64,000 nucleotides of DNA from Trichoplax adhaerens (lineage: Eukaryota > Animalia > Placozoa): the NCBI RefSeq assembly GCF_000150275.1, contig NW_002060944.1:2208152-2272151 (forward strand). Direction: 5' to 3'. Positions 12,167 to 26,227 of this stretch are shown piece by piece (the first letter of the stretch is position 1; the number at the start of each line of letters is the position of its first letter). The notes beneath the pieces were generated by a model. It did no database searches. It saw nothing but the letters and a program-made list of their open reading frames with translations, and was not told the DNA's origin. Made by a program: the position numbers and the translations under genes.

Positions 12167-14989
12167 ATGGCGGACTTGATTACTACGGACGAATTCAATC
12201 CTGCACCATCTGATGATACTCAAGCCGATCCTGCGGCAGAATTTCTGGCACGTGAAGAAGGAGAACTAGCAGAACTGGGTGTCGATAGTTTTAATCAGGC
12301 TAGTGAACCTATTCACTAATTTAATCTTAAGTTAATGCTGCATTGCAAACTGGAATTAATTCAGCGACGGCCATTATACTAAGACGTATTTGTTCAATAC
12401 CTAAACTCAAGTAACAGTCAATACATACGAGTATTTTGTAGCTACAGACGTGACAAATTCTGAACATACCTTCTGTATATACGTATATAACATGTATAAA
12501 TAATGCGCTATTAAAAGCAATACTAATAAATTCCTTTTTACTTTAACAACTAATAATGACCCTGTAGAATCCTGAAACGAATCTTTTAAATGGATCAGCT
12601 GAAGTAACATCGACAATCGAAACAGGACCATCAGACTCACCTAAAGTCAGTAAAGTGTTTTCTTTTTCGTATTGTACCACCACCTAGTCCGAATACAAAA
12701 ATGTTTGTTAAAAGCATGTATCATGTATCATGCTACTCTTAGACTAAGCTCTGATATTCTCCTAATTTATCCTAACTTGTCAATCCTTTTAGAGTACAGT
12801 ATTTAAGTTAAAGATCGACGTAGTAGTTACTGTGCTATGCTGAGTACAGTACATGAAGACCTCCATAAAATATAGTATTTTACCGAAATGATTTGCCAGG
12901 AAGATCGGAACTGAAATTAATGCGGTGATTTTAGTCACTGAGTGCTCTGTACTTCTTTAAACTAGTAAGAAAGTCTATTCTATTAATATAGTCAATGACC
13001 ATACTTACAAACTTCCGAAAAAAATTTTTTTCCGATGAGCATCTACAGTATAATACTGTGCACTGAGAATCATACCGATTTGAGTCCCTCGTGAGCTCTG
13101 GCGAACTGTAATTCTAGATACTTTGCAAAGTATCTATGGCTTTAACTGTAATGAATTGCTGTAAATCAGATTCTGAAGTACAAAGTAACATCACTTCAAA
13201 GTTTTCCCCTTAGGAAGTCCTATCTCTGTCTACGCTGTACAAATTGTAGTAGAAATTTGTCTCTGTGAATATTGATAGCATCAAGTATTAATTAATATTA
13301 ATATTCGAAGAACCCGGTTTTTACTGCTATACGTGTAGCGCTTAGCAGAACTCCTGAATATACAGTGTTTTAATGCCGATATTGCTGATCGGATCAACAT
13401 GGATATCCGACTCCTACAATATTAAATGATTTTTGCCTCTAGATCCAGATTCAAAGCATTGCATTGAACCTTGCATAATTATGGGCCTCTCCATTTAAAA
13501 TCTTATATAAGCCCTAGCCGTAAGATCAAAACGATACACTTTACAATCAGTACAGTACACAGTGTTTAGACCTCAGTGTTCACCTCTTAACTTCGTTAGA
13601 ACTCTGTACAACTGAGAAAAATGTCTCTCTTCATCTAGTTAGCGAAATATGATAGTAATTACGAAATAACAGCACAAACCGTCCTATTAATTTGTAAGCT
13701 CAGCTTGATAAAATTTTTCATGCATGATTGTACTGTATATTTACTGAATGATCTACATAACGACTTTTAAAAAAATTTCGTATTTCCTCATAAAAACGCC
13801 GTAATTGGGCGTGGCACTAAATTACCGTAAACGAATATTAATCCGGTCATTTTACACTACTTTCTCGCTTTGATGGAAAACGGAACATATAACTATATCG
13901 AGTGTTCCTAATGTGGCATAGCTTTCGATTTTAGCTGTAAGACACTTAGACTAAAATGACTCACAGGACTTTATACTTTGAATGTCCATGCTGTAAAGCA
14001 ATACTGCAATTTTTGATTTAAATGTACTGTACTGTATAGTGCTAGTATTTATCTACATATGTGCTACATTTTATATTGGGCAACTAAATACCTTTAAAAC
14101 GCTTCTACTAAAGGTATCTTTCCTGATTATATCAGTACATCATTTGTGATATTGGTAAAAATTTTATTTTATAAACTGTAGACTGTAGACCCTTATGCTG
14201 ATGTTGCTGAAGCTGATGTCATAGCAGCAGAACCAGAGTCAATAAGGTAATGTAACCACCAGATCAGACCTATTTGCTAAATTCATAATTGATAACCATA
14301 TTGTCCTTATCAGCATTTCAGCTCATAGCCTTTTATTAATATATGTATTATGCAAAGGTTGAGCATCGAAATGCTATAATAATATTTCAGTTGATAACTT
14401 CTTCAATTCTGGTTCTGAATTGCAGGATTTAAGCATTGAATATATTTAAAATACCTTATAAAAAATGTTATTCTTGAGGCATATACTTTCTAGCATGTAC
14501 TAAATTATCATTGTTGAACCTAGAAAATGGCGGGAAGAATATGCTAAGAGAATTGAAGAAAAGGATGAGAGTGCTCGCACTGAACAGCAAGAGTGGAAAG
14601 ATAAAGCAAAAGAAGAAGTTGAAGAATGGTATTCGCGACAAAATGATCAGAATGACAAAATTAAGAAATCTAATAGGTAGATAGCTTACAGCTGTTGTAT
14701 CTGCTTTCCATCGCTTAACAATAAGGCTCTGCATTATTTATTCATGAATTATAATAATAGAAGGTATTAATTGATTCTTTAAATTAGGGAAGCGGAAGAA
14801 GCATTTGTGAATGAGCGTGATAGCATTGTACCTGGCCACGAATGGGAGAAAGTCGCAAATTTATGTGATTTTACTAGTAAAAGCTATAAATGCACGAAGG
14901 ATACATCTCGAATGCGTTCAATTATATTACAACTCAAGCAATCTCCACTGAAGCGAGAAAGTAAAGCCCTTTGCGCTAGTGCGGAATAG
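12167..14989 (+). CDS. CLTA: Clathrin light chain (CLTA/CLTB co-orthologue), 5 exons
   Basis: DPAAEFLAREEGELAELG; EPESIRKWREEYAKRIEEKDE...WKDKAKEEVEEWY; PGHEWEKVANLCDFTSKSYKCTKDTSRMRSIILQLKQSP. Intron 1 (12299-12567) is GC-AG. Confidence 0.95.
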
Positions 14990-17900
14990 AGAATTTTGAC
15001 GTAACTACATTACGTTTTCAACTTCTGATTTGTATGGATCTTGGGAGAGAAAGCAGATATTATGAATCAAAAGCTGACGAAGTTGTAAAGTAGTTCAAAC
15101 GCAGATATTTAGCTAGCTGCTGTAGATATAAGGATTTTTGCTTCTCTTGAATCAGTATTTTGTCGAAAAGGCCTCAAAGACTATGATAGCAATATGCTTT
15201 ATTTTATGCATTAGCCAAGGTAAAATCATCCTGTATTTAGCTCGTTACTCATTGTGTTAACGTACATATTTCGTTTGTGAGTGCTTTTATATTGCTGTAT
15301 CATAAAGTACAGTAAAATTGGTAATAAACTAATTTACACCAATAAAATAAACATACTGTATGTACAGTATGTTTAATCGCAGTAAGTGCATGTACACTAT
15401 GTATAAGCTTTACTGACGGAGCCAAAGTCAATAGCACGGCGCATCGTGGAATAGCAGCCCAATAAGAATGTTATAAGACGTTTCCTTAATACAGTACAGT
15501 ACACGTACATTTCTAGCCACGGACTTTCAAGACAATCTAAATCTAAGAGAATTTCTCTTACAAGCCCTGGTACCAGTTTCTGTACTGTACGTAGTAATTA
15601 ATCTAGTTATCTAACGATGTAAATATTTAGTGATAGCGTTAAATCATACTTCCAGAAGATAACTGTTTCAAAGTTCGAGCCATAAACTGCAAAACTTGGA
15701 GTTTGCATTAGTCTAGTATTCTGAGACTGTATTTGTAAGTTATAAATTTATCAGGTTAAAATCTCGCAATCCATAGTAATTGCTTGTATAGATGGGTTCT
15801 GTATACTGAAAATGATCTTATAACTGTTATGTAAAACATGTACACTTTCCTTTAGGCTAACGAGTATTTAGAGGTTCGTAATCTTAACACGGAACACACA
15901 GTATACTGGTAGACATGACTCCTCTGCAGCAGGAGCGATGAGCAATTTTTCTTACCGATAACCGTAACAAGATAACATAGTTGACTGTTAAATCCTATGT
16001 GCGTTCTAATTCTCGATCGCAATAATGATCGCTTCGTAGAAACTATTTCGTTCTTCGCTGCATCATTACAGTATAACTATCAAAATATATTACAAGTTAG
16101 TTGTTCATGATAGTAATGCTTGAAACATAAAGGCAGGAGTTAGGATTTACTACCCAACATGCTTCGTAGTACTTATGGTACTTATCGTCCTACAGTAAAC
16201 TACCAAAATTTAAAGCGCATTACACTGTATTCCGTACGCTAGACACTATAAAAAGACCCCCAATTCTTAGAGATAAGATAAGGCTTTAAATATACAAACT
16301 GATCTTTAACTATCGATCTAACTCATACTGCGGTAGCTTACAGTACACAATAGACTTACAAATCGTAAAGCTTCATTTTACGAAATTACTGAAACATAAT
16401 AATCTTAAGCAAACTTGTAGTTCATATGTTCACATGATTCTATAAAGAATATAAAGAACTATGAATTACTAATTGCATTATAATGTACATCTATCGCATG
16501 TTAATCAGTCAGAGTGATGATTTGATGTCCGAATACAACTGCGATTGAATGTACTGCACGGCAGTATACTTCTGTTTATAGTCCAGTAGCCAATTACTTC
16601 AGTTTGAGAAAAGATTGAATTTCAAAAATATTTAATGGCCTGCTTTATGATTTTAGGAATATTAATGGAGATAAGCGGAATAATCTAACCAATTTCAAAA
16701 CTTAGATTTATAACATAATTACACATATACATATATAATCCTAACATTACCAGTAACGTATATATAATCAACATTGATTTACATGGAAATATTTGATCCG
16801 AAACAATGTTTTTGAAAATTGTTTAGCTTAGAGGCAATTTAAACAGTACAAATGGCCAAAAATTCCTCCGAAATATAGTATCATGTCGTACAGTATTAAT
16901 CGAAGAGGATCTAGTATCAGGCTAGATCCAAATAAATTATTATAGCGAATAAATTGAAAAATTTAACGTAGTGGATACTACAGTACCTTCGTCAGTGAAG
17001 TGATAGGAAGTTAAGCTAGTTTCATACCAAAATGTGTATTAAACTGCACATTTTTACAGTATCCATTACCACCTAACTTGCTATACAAAGCCAAAGCTTA
17101 CATTAAATGATTAAACAATATAAATCATTACAATTTTAAGTGCAAATGGCTGGACAGTCCGAGGTAGAGCTTTATCATCGAAACAACCTTTCAAAGGAAT
17201 GCGTAAGCTCAATATGTGATGCCACAAATGCGTTACTATATACTATTATGTTTAACACAACCTTATTGAACTATTTAAGCATCAAGCTATTTGTCTCCAA
17301 ATCCAACTGTATGAAGGATACACGTCTTATACATGCCATCTCTAAATACATATCCACATAATACCATATTCGGTTGCAGTTCTGCATCTAAATATGATTG
17401 GAAGCACCACTTATTCATTACGTACGCGTATATGTAGATTCTAATAACGTTGTTCACTACATATACGAAAGTATCGAAAAGAATATAGGAAGAGTAAAGA
17501 ATGTGAACTATGAACTTGTAAACCCTTTATCATGATAATAAAAGTAACGGATGCCATGGAAACCGTTAGAGCATTACTTCAATATGAGTGCACCTAGTCT
17601 TGTCAGCTACTGTGGTATACTGGATGCTATACTGAATACTGCATATTACATAGTGCAATGCACTGTCTCTGAGTACAGTGTATAACTTACTGTAATTTAC
17701 TACATGTAAATAAACAACCTTCAGAAATCTGAAGAATCGAATCTTTTTCAAATGCATTACCGTATACGCATACGTATACTTCCATAGTGCATGCCATTCA
17801 AGATTGGCAGTGAAATAATTTTTACCTTCGCAGAAACTGCAGTAACTTTAACTGGCTGTAAATGTCAATGTCAAGCATTAACTCTTACACAGGTAAATAA

Positions 17901-18824
17901 AAGAAGTAATACGGACTTACAGCAAGCTAAATAATGCAGTAAACTATTCAACAGAAATTTACTTGTTCTCATGAGTGAATCTTTAATTTAACTACAGTCA
18001 GTAGTCTTACAATATCATATTCAAGCAACAATACTGCTATGGTATGAAGAACCAACATATACTGTATACTAATTAGGTTAAAATTTTATAGAGAATGTAT
18101 AGTCATGATTAGAAACTCTCTCAATTAAAACAATTTTACATGTTACATTTATCTACGGATAAGGTAAGAGGGTATATTGAAATTAAGCAGTATAAATCTT
18201 ATAGAATAGTAGCACGTACAGCTGGGTGTGGGAAAGTTGGCTATCCTACAAATAGTTCCCGCATTTTGTATTTGATTAAGAATTAAACCGATGTCACATC
18301 TTTTTATTATTTGCTAGTTCCTAATAAGGACAGTAACATGAGCTCTCGCTCAATTATGAAAACAGTCGGTCAAAAACTGTAAGTACAAGTATTAACGTTA
18401 TTTTAAAATGATCTTTTCTCTTCTTTAATAACACAGCAAAGTTTTGAAGATGGAATTCAAAGACAGAGTAGTCACTATTAAATTCGGTCGTTTGCACAAT
18501 GTACATTACGATACTTCTACAATATGAGATGACTGATACCAAACATAGTATTTACGGTCCTTTCGTCTAATTACTTATTGGCATATTTAAAGTATGCAGT
18601 CCTAGCTATAATTTTACTGATTAATTAAAACCACTATTAATGGGCAGTACGGATAACAAAACTTATTTGTTGCGTGCTGATAGGATCTTTATATCCTATT
18701 TTACAGATATACAGTAGGTTATTTTTATAATAAACTGCAAATTTGCGAAATCAGACATACAGTTCGATTCTTATATTCTGCGTTGTGAAGCATATTACAA
18801 ATATGCCAACCAAATAACTAAGAT

Positions 18825-21800
18825 ATGGTCTACAAGAAAGAAACTTTCTTAGAGTTTTCGTAATTATGACTATCAGTGTACTACAGCGATTAATTATATA
18901 TAGAAAAAAATCCACTGATCGCTATTACTGATCTTATAAATATTCTAGTCAGCAATATATCGACGTCGAAAGGAGGGAAGAAGCATTTGAATTGTCACCA
19001 TCTAATATTCCAAAATCAACACCAGTCAAAGCAGTAGGCAAATTTATTGAATCTCTAAAAATTCTTATATTTTTCCCGAATTAGTAGTTATTACTTGACT
19101 GATTTACATTCGCTATAACTAGCGCGATGCTGTTAAGTTTGGAATCGGACAGGACTATCGGTTATGCCCCTCGAATGCTTATCTTCATTACAATAAGGTT
19201 TATATAAATGCTTTTCAAGCTAATACTATACAGAATAAAGTATTTTTAAACCAATCTAATTAATTCTATATAAGACGCAAAGAAATAGACGGGCGGAATC
19301 TATAAAACTAGACCTTCAAAAATGGATGACTTCAAGACGGCAACCAGTAAGACTTGGATTTCATATAAAAATTAACTTATTGAATAGACGGTTATACTAT
19401 ATAAATATGATACTCTACGGCTGCACTTATATATAAACTCAACATAGAACAAAATGTAATAATTCCGTATCTTTCAGCCATCAAAGTCTGAGGAAAACCT
19501 CGCTCTCAATAAATATTTAATCTATCACCGGGATTTAAATACTTCTTTAAACACCTCAGGAAGGAAAACTAACCGAAAATCGTAAGAAATTGAATATTTT
19601 TGAATTCATTCAGTCCTCGCTATATCAGCCTACATGTACTAAACTATCAAGCCGTAGACGATTTTACGAAAGTAGAAATTTTTAAAGATTAATAGTTAAT
19701 GTTATGAAATACGTAAGCGCTTAAATGCATTTGCGATACGTAAATATAGTTATTCGGACTACTATTTTTCAGGAATTGCCCACTATTTAATGATCATATC
19801 AAACTATCGCGAAGATCTCCGATGCCAAATATTAGTAACTTAGAGAAAGAACGATTGACAGCGGCAGCATCGAATTTGATTATCGCTCTAGTAAGTAGCT
19901 GTTGTGACAAATTACTTATACTCATAAGTCATGGAATCTGTACTCAAACTACTATAATTGTTAATTTATAAATTGTTCAAGGAAAATATAACATTAGGAT
20001 ATAAAGCTAAAGGCCCAACCTTATCTGGACATAATGAAAAACATTATATAGAGTATAAGGTTAGCAGTTAATGCAATTGTTTACTACTAGCAGAGTAGAA
20101 TTCTCTCAAATAGGAACTTGGTGGAATGATTAAACTCATATTGGGTGTGTTTTGCTTATGATAGAAGCAGCGGTGTCATAACCACAGCCATACAAGTGAG
20201 ATAAGAAAGCATCCATCACCTAGAAAGCAGAAGCTCTCTTCGAATAGCAATAACAAATTGAAGTCTAAGGATCAACCTATAAGCACGCAACAAAGTCATT
20301 TGAAGGTTTCAGTATTTAATTAAACGTTTTATTAAATGTTTGATTTATGCGTCAACAGGAATATCAACATGTATATTGAATCAATATATTATATTTTAAG
20401 AACGGGAAAACGAAAGCCTTAGTTTCATCCTTTGAGACTTTGCAACCGTTAGTCGATATTTGATACATCATGATTCCTAATTATAAAAGTATTTTAACAT
20501 TATTTTTCTATTTACTTTAGTATGGACTTGCTACCAGACGCCCCCAAAAAGAATTATTTTGATGTTCAAAGATCGAAAAGTTCATGGCAAGCCGAGAAGA
20601 TTTTAATTAAGAAGGGTAACTTATAACCTCAGTCTCTTTAAGTTTTTGGCCATGTTAAGTGAAAGCATTGTTCTTATGTCGTTAGTATTTAGGTACGAAC
20701 TGTATATACAAATTGAAAATAGAGACGTTCTTCCCCTACTGACGGTTAACTTATATGGCCGGGACGGTTCAACTGGAGAATGTACATTATTCTGCCCATT
20801 ACAACAAATGCCAGTTAACGAAAAAATTATGGCAAGTATAAAATACATTGATAAGCCTAGGTTCAGTTTTCTGTCTCCTAGAACGAAATCGATGTCAAAT
20901 CACGGTCATATTAATTTTTGTTTTAATAATCTGCTGAAGGTGTTTTTGCGATTTTAATTTTTTTTAATTTCCTATATATAAGGTACACATCTATAAAATC
21001 GATTCTTTTGATCCCATTGGAACTGTAAAGGCTCTTGCAATTGGGCTAAGTGAAGATTCTGAACTAAAAGATTGCTACATAGACAGAGTTATCGTAAAAT
21101 CATTAAATGAAAACGCACCAGGGATCACATTTAACTGCCAGAGGTCAGCTATAAGACCTTTGCTGTTACTTCTCACGTCTCTGATATTAATTTTCGAAAT
21201 TACTTTTGATAGTTACTTAAAGCGTACTAGCAATGGCATAGGATTGAAGTTATTCCGAATCACCGAAAGTAGTACAATTTCTTTTGTATACTGTATATGC
21301 TATATTCTTGAGATACTACTTTTATTAGCAAATCTACTAATTAATGAAACTATGAACTTACTCCAGATAATACGAATATAATTACATTAGGTGAAAAAAG
21401 CGGTGATACCACTAATTCTCCAAGCGTAGTACGCAGTTACAGCAGTGACCAATCCTCAAAGATCTCTGACGATTCAAGGAGGACTTCCTTACATGGCACA
21501 GATACCGGCAGCGATATAGATGACACAGATCAGTTTCCTGATATGAGAGATTACGCATACGACACCGAAACAAAAAATGAATATCGCAAATCAGAGGAAC
21601 ATTCTGAATATCGAGGCATGCGATTAAAGTAGTACTCTACCGATACCGTCATTCCTGCTACTAATGACTCCGTCCTTTACAGATTTTACTGACAACAGTG
21701 AAAATTCGGCATTGGAAGTTCCCACCATAGGAGATACTGAATTATCAGATGATCAGGTTATTACATTGCATTCGTTTACTATTCTTAATCAGAGAGAATA

Positions 21801-23698
21801 TTGAGGACAATCGGCTCAATATATTCACGATGTCATTAATTCTTAAATCAGTTACTAATATATACTTTAGGTACTGCCTTCTGTGGGGGAGAGAAACGGA
21901 TTCGAAAACGATAACGGTAGTGTAAACCTGGGCGTGTATGTTGTTTTTTGATCTACATAATATGTAATGGCTGAAACAGAAACGTATATTCGATCTTAAC
22001 GTAGACCGTTCCGTTCATTCTGCTATCAAGAACGGAAATTTACCGCTACTGAAGAAGCTACTGCGAGGCAACCCAAGCGCACTTTAGTAAGATCTTTGAA
22101 AATTATTATATAGATAAGTAGCTTTCAACTAATTTATTCCATGGACTCCTCAACAGTGATGCAGACGCAGAGGGATGGATCCCTTTACACCTAGCTGTAA
22201 AGTATGGGCAAACTAATTGCGTTAAAGTAAGAAATATTAGATTTAATTATAATATCGTGTACTCATAATAATTCTGGGATTTAAACATACGTTTGGTCTC
22301 ATAGTGGTTAGCCGTAAATGGTGCTGATATAACGCAAGAGAATTCTACCGGTTTTACATGCATCCATTTAGCTGTAATTTATGGTCATGTTCATATTCTT
22401 CAGGTAAAATGTAGCTAATTTTATATAGCAGTAGTAGTAGCTAGACATAAATTTGGGTTTCAGGTAATGTCACTTCTCATTTTGGTGTTACCTTACACTA
22501 TTACTATAGCTCTGTGATGCATTAGGATGCTCAATTGAATCGTCAACTATCGATCAACAAAGTCCATTACATTTGGCAGCAGCACAGTTCGTATTAATGA
22601 AATTACTTTTCGTAAAATATTTTCAATCATCATAATATCACTACAATTGTTATTTTGAACTCTCCTCGTTTAGTGGAAAGATAGAATGCTGTCGATGGCT
22701 CATTGCGAATAAGGCTAACGTCAATGCAATTGATTCTTCAGGCCGCAGCCCCTTAGACTTAGCGGAGGTTCGTATTGGAAAAATTAAACCTGTCTGTTAG
22801 TCAGTAAACTATGTGTAGTTCTGTAATAATATTACCTAATAATAGCATGTAAATATATCGTCCTTCACGTACTATATCCACTATAAAGGTTTCTCAACAA
22901 TTTGAAATAGCCAAGCTTCTACGTTTATATGGTAAACAGTTTTTATCCATAAAAGTTCATGATTATTGTAATATTACCATGCAATTTACTAATAAATCGC
23001 ATATTGCTGTATTTATTTTATTTAGCAAAGGAATTAAATCGTGCAGATAGCGCCGTATTTCTATTGCATAGTCCATCGTTAGTATACCGTATCACATGCT
23101 TTACTAATACTTAAAGATAAAATGTAGCGAAAAAACTGTATATTTACTATAAGAAACGGTCGTAATTGTATATTTCAAGCAATTTTAAGATGTTCTAAAG
23201 TAATGTCATTTATGTTGTAAACTTAGTGAACCTAGGTCTGCAATGCAGGGAGACGGTTGGATTAGTGACATGGATAGTAATGTAAGGATTTGAACACTAA
23301 TACATAATGACAAAAGTCTATCCCAGTTCCTCATTGTATCTCTCTTAAATATACTGTAGTACACATGTTAATATGTTAATTAACTAGTTTATATTACAAA
23401 ATATTTTTATGAACTGCTACTAATTTTGTGAAAAATAATTATAGATCGATTCTGATAGTAATCAGAATGCTGATAGGAGTGTTATGGCACAGTTAAGCGA
23501 TATTAAGGTGTATAGATATACCAATTGATTTATGCTTGTTAGAACAATAAATTCTTTGATTCAATCTCATAGAAACTATCTCCTCAAACTGATTTTGTGT
23601 TGCAGGAGAAGAAGCATCGTTACGAAGTGATTAAAAATAAGATGCAGAAGCAAGACTCCTTGTTCTTAGATCTCATAAGGAACGAAATAGAATCATAG
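18825..23698 (+). CDS. Uncharacterised protein: low-complexity N-terminus, PLAT/LH2 domain, acidic Ser-rich linker, about 4-5 ankyrin repeats; over 20 small exons
   Basis: Phase-consistent exon chain. PLAT-like YELYIQIENRDVLPLLTVNLYGRDGSTGECTL...IGTVKALAIG...CYIDRVIV...ITFNCQ. Ankyrin EGWIPLHLAVKYGQTNCVKWL..NGADI, TGFTCIHLAVIYGHVHIL, QSPLHLAAAHGKIECCRWLIANKANVNAIDSSGRSPLDLA. The start codon is tentative. Confidence 0.75.
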
Positions 23699-24821
23699 CG
23701 TGTTAATGTTAATTATCAATATAAATGAGCTGGTTTAATAATTAATATAATTAATATATATAATCAAATCATAGATCATGACGGTTTCAACGTTTCTTAT
23801 TTGATTCCTTATTAATTATTGCTCTGACTTGAGCCGATGGCTATATTACCTAGGAAATGAGGGATTATAAAAGATTCAGTTTGCAGTAACTTTATTAACG
23901 CTGCAATCGTGCAGTCGTACCAGACCTGTGTTCGTTATTGTACTATTAAAATACAGCGAAAAACAAACCTGCGATCTGAATGAGTAATAAAGCTACAATA
24001 AATTCTGAATACTTTATTCTTTCAATTTCGCTGGATTTGCTACTTAAAATTATAGCTAACTTTTAGCACCGTACTTTCTGTTACATTAATACTCTTTGTG
24101 CTTTAGTGATTAAGGTTTAAAAGTTGTTAGTACAAACCGGGCCTATAATATGCCAATTTTACTCTTATCTGATACGGAAATAACGTGATCCTTTCAGAAC
24201 ATCAAAAGATGATTAATCACACTGGACCATAAATTCTGGGTTAGATGGCTATAAGAAGACTAGGTCGCTCCAGCCTCTATACATTCAAATTAAGTAGTAC
24301 GATCTACAGGAAATATACGCTTATACCACAGTATCAGAATATTAATGACCGAAACTCGTCTTAATAATGTAAATGAATACCATAAAGGCAATATTGGAGA
24401 CAAAATTTTTAGGTCAACAACATCAAATAAATCAGGTTCAATATCTTTTTGCCAATCAAAAGGGCCATAGATTCATTTTATTTTATTTAAATTTTGTTTG
24501 CTTCTATCCTTTCAAAATATCAATATTCTGTATGAATTGTAACAATTAAGCACTACATTATCTTTTGGCGTACCCGTATACTGTATGTAGATTAACTAAT
24601 ATATTTATCAGAGAATACACTGTAGCATCAAAATAAATTGCGCAAAATTACAGTAACACAATGTAGTAATTTGTAATCGCAATTCTGGTTTTAGACCAAA
24701 ATCATTTGAGCTCTAGTTTTAAGTAGTATCGAATATAGATGGTATTGACATAGGGTGGACCTTTAAACAGTATCTGATATTAGCCATATACAGGTAATGA
24801 TCCTAATAACATATAAAATTG

Positions 24822-25578
24822 TCAGGGCGCTTTGGTGACACCTACCATAGCTGGCCTTAAAGTTCTGCCATGCAATAAATATCCAGCCTTAGAGACTTGT
24901 GCGATACTTCCATCGGGTTTTTCTCCGTTCTCCACTTGAAACAAAGCTTCATGAAAATTAGGGTCAAATTTCTCATTTATTGGATATATTTTTCTTAATC
25001 CATGAGCAGAGAAAACTTTTTGAAGTTGAGATTCAGTTAGCTTGAGGCCTTCATACAAAGATTTGAAATGCTGATTAGCAGCAGCAGAGGCAATTTCTTG
25101 CTGAGGAACACTCTCAGTTGCTTTTTCTAAGATATCTGCTACCGCGATGATGTCTTTAGAAAAATTTTGGATGGCATACATCTTGGCATCATTAATTTGC
25201 CTGACTGTTCTTTCCCGCATATTTTCAATTTCTGCTAAGGTGCGTAGGTATTTATCCTAAGTTCAAATAGACACAATATATAGATATAATACCTCAGAAG
25301 TGACATTCACTTGCAATCGTAACTGCGAAATTTATCGAATACAGATGAACGAATCTTACGCGAGTTTCTCGCAGTTCTTCTTGAATCTGAGCAATGTTGG
25401 CGTCTGCTTCTGCGGAGTCCTTCTTGCTACTTTGATCCTCCGGGTTGGTACTCGTGTTAGTTAATTTCGTTCTATATTGAGACAGACTTCTAATACTCAT
25501 ACAGCTATATAATTTAATGCTACTAGTTCGACTTAGAAAATGAAATAAGCGATGTGAACGTGTACTGATTGACGCCAT
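24822..25578 (-). CDS. GRPEL1: Mitochondrial GrpE nucleotide-exchange factor, 2 exons (25360-25578, 24822-25256)
   Basis: Arg/Ser-rich presequence MASISTRSHRLFHFLSRTSS; DKYLRTLAEIENMRERT...FDPNFHEALFQ...GYLLHGRTLRPAMVGV (GrpE signature). Confidence 0.95.
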
Positions 25579-25683
25579 AAATTACCACTATGTCCGTAAT
25601 CTTATGAGGCTTAATTGAATAAAAGTGCTACACTAAATCAAACACTGTGGCATGGGTTCAATTCAAATCAGATGTTACGTTAT

Positions 25684-26130
25684 GTTACTACTTCAGCCTG
25701 GCAGTACAGTAAGTCCAGTAAATATCCAGTACAGTACTGCACAGTGCAATGTTGCATTATCGGCGTTACTACTTCAGCCTGGCAGTACTGTACTGTACTG
25801 TACTGTACCGTACTGTAAGTCCTGTAAATACTGTATCCAGTACAGTATTGTACTATACTGTACAATGTTATATTATCAGCAGCGATTCACCACATGCTGG
25901 TGCAAAAAATTTTAGCCCCTACAGTACAGATGTACAGTACAGATGTACTGTACACATGTACATATTGTACTGTACAGTACAATGTACAGTACAGTACAGT
26001 ACAGTACTGTACCTTGTGAAAAGATCGTAATAACAGTACTCCAGTAGTCCAGTGTACAGTACTGTACTGTACTGTACGGTACAGTTAGTCCACCCCAGCT
26101 ACAGTACAGTACAGTAATGTACTGTACTTG
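25684..26130. promoter_or_regulatory. GRPEL/XPNPEP3 bidirectional promoter with (GTACW)n arrays and an 81/116-bp tandem duplication
   Basis: Pentamer runs between ATGs at 25578(-) and 26228(+); GTTACTACTTCAGCCTGGCAGTAC occurs at 25684 and 25765. Confidence 0.7.
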
Positions 26131-26227
26131 TTAGTGGTTGATATAGGCTTAATAGATCATATACGCGTAGAATTAAATTAAAGGGAAAAGTATTAAATTA
26201 AATAAATAACTCTAAATCTGACGTACG

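Noticed and set aside
25684-25880. Direct repeats as a CRISPR-like array
   Set aside because: Only two copies, the intervening sequences are homologous to each other, the context is eukaryotic and there are no cas genes.
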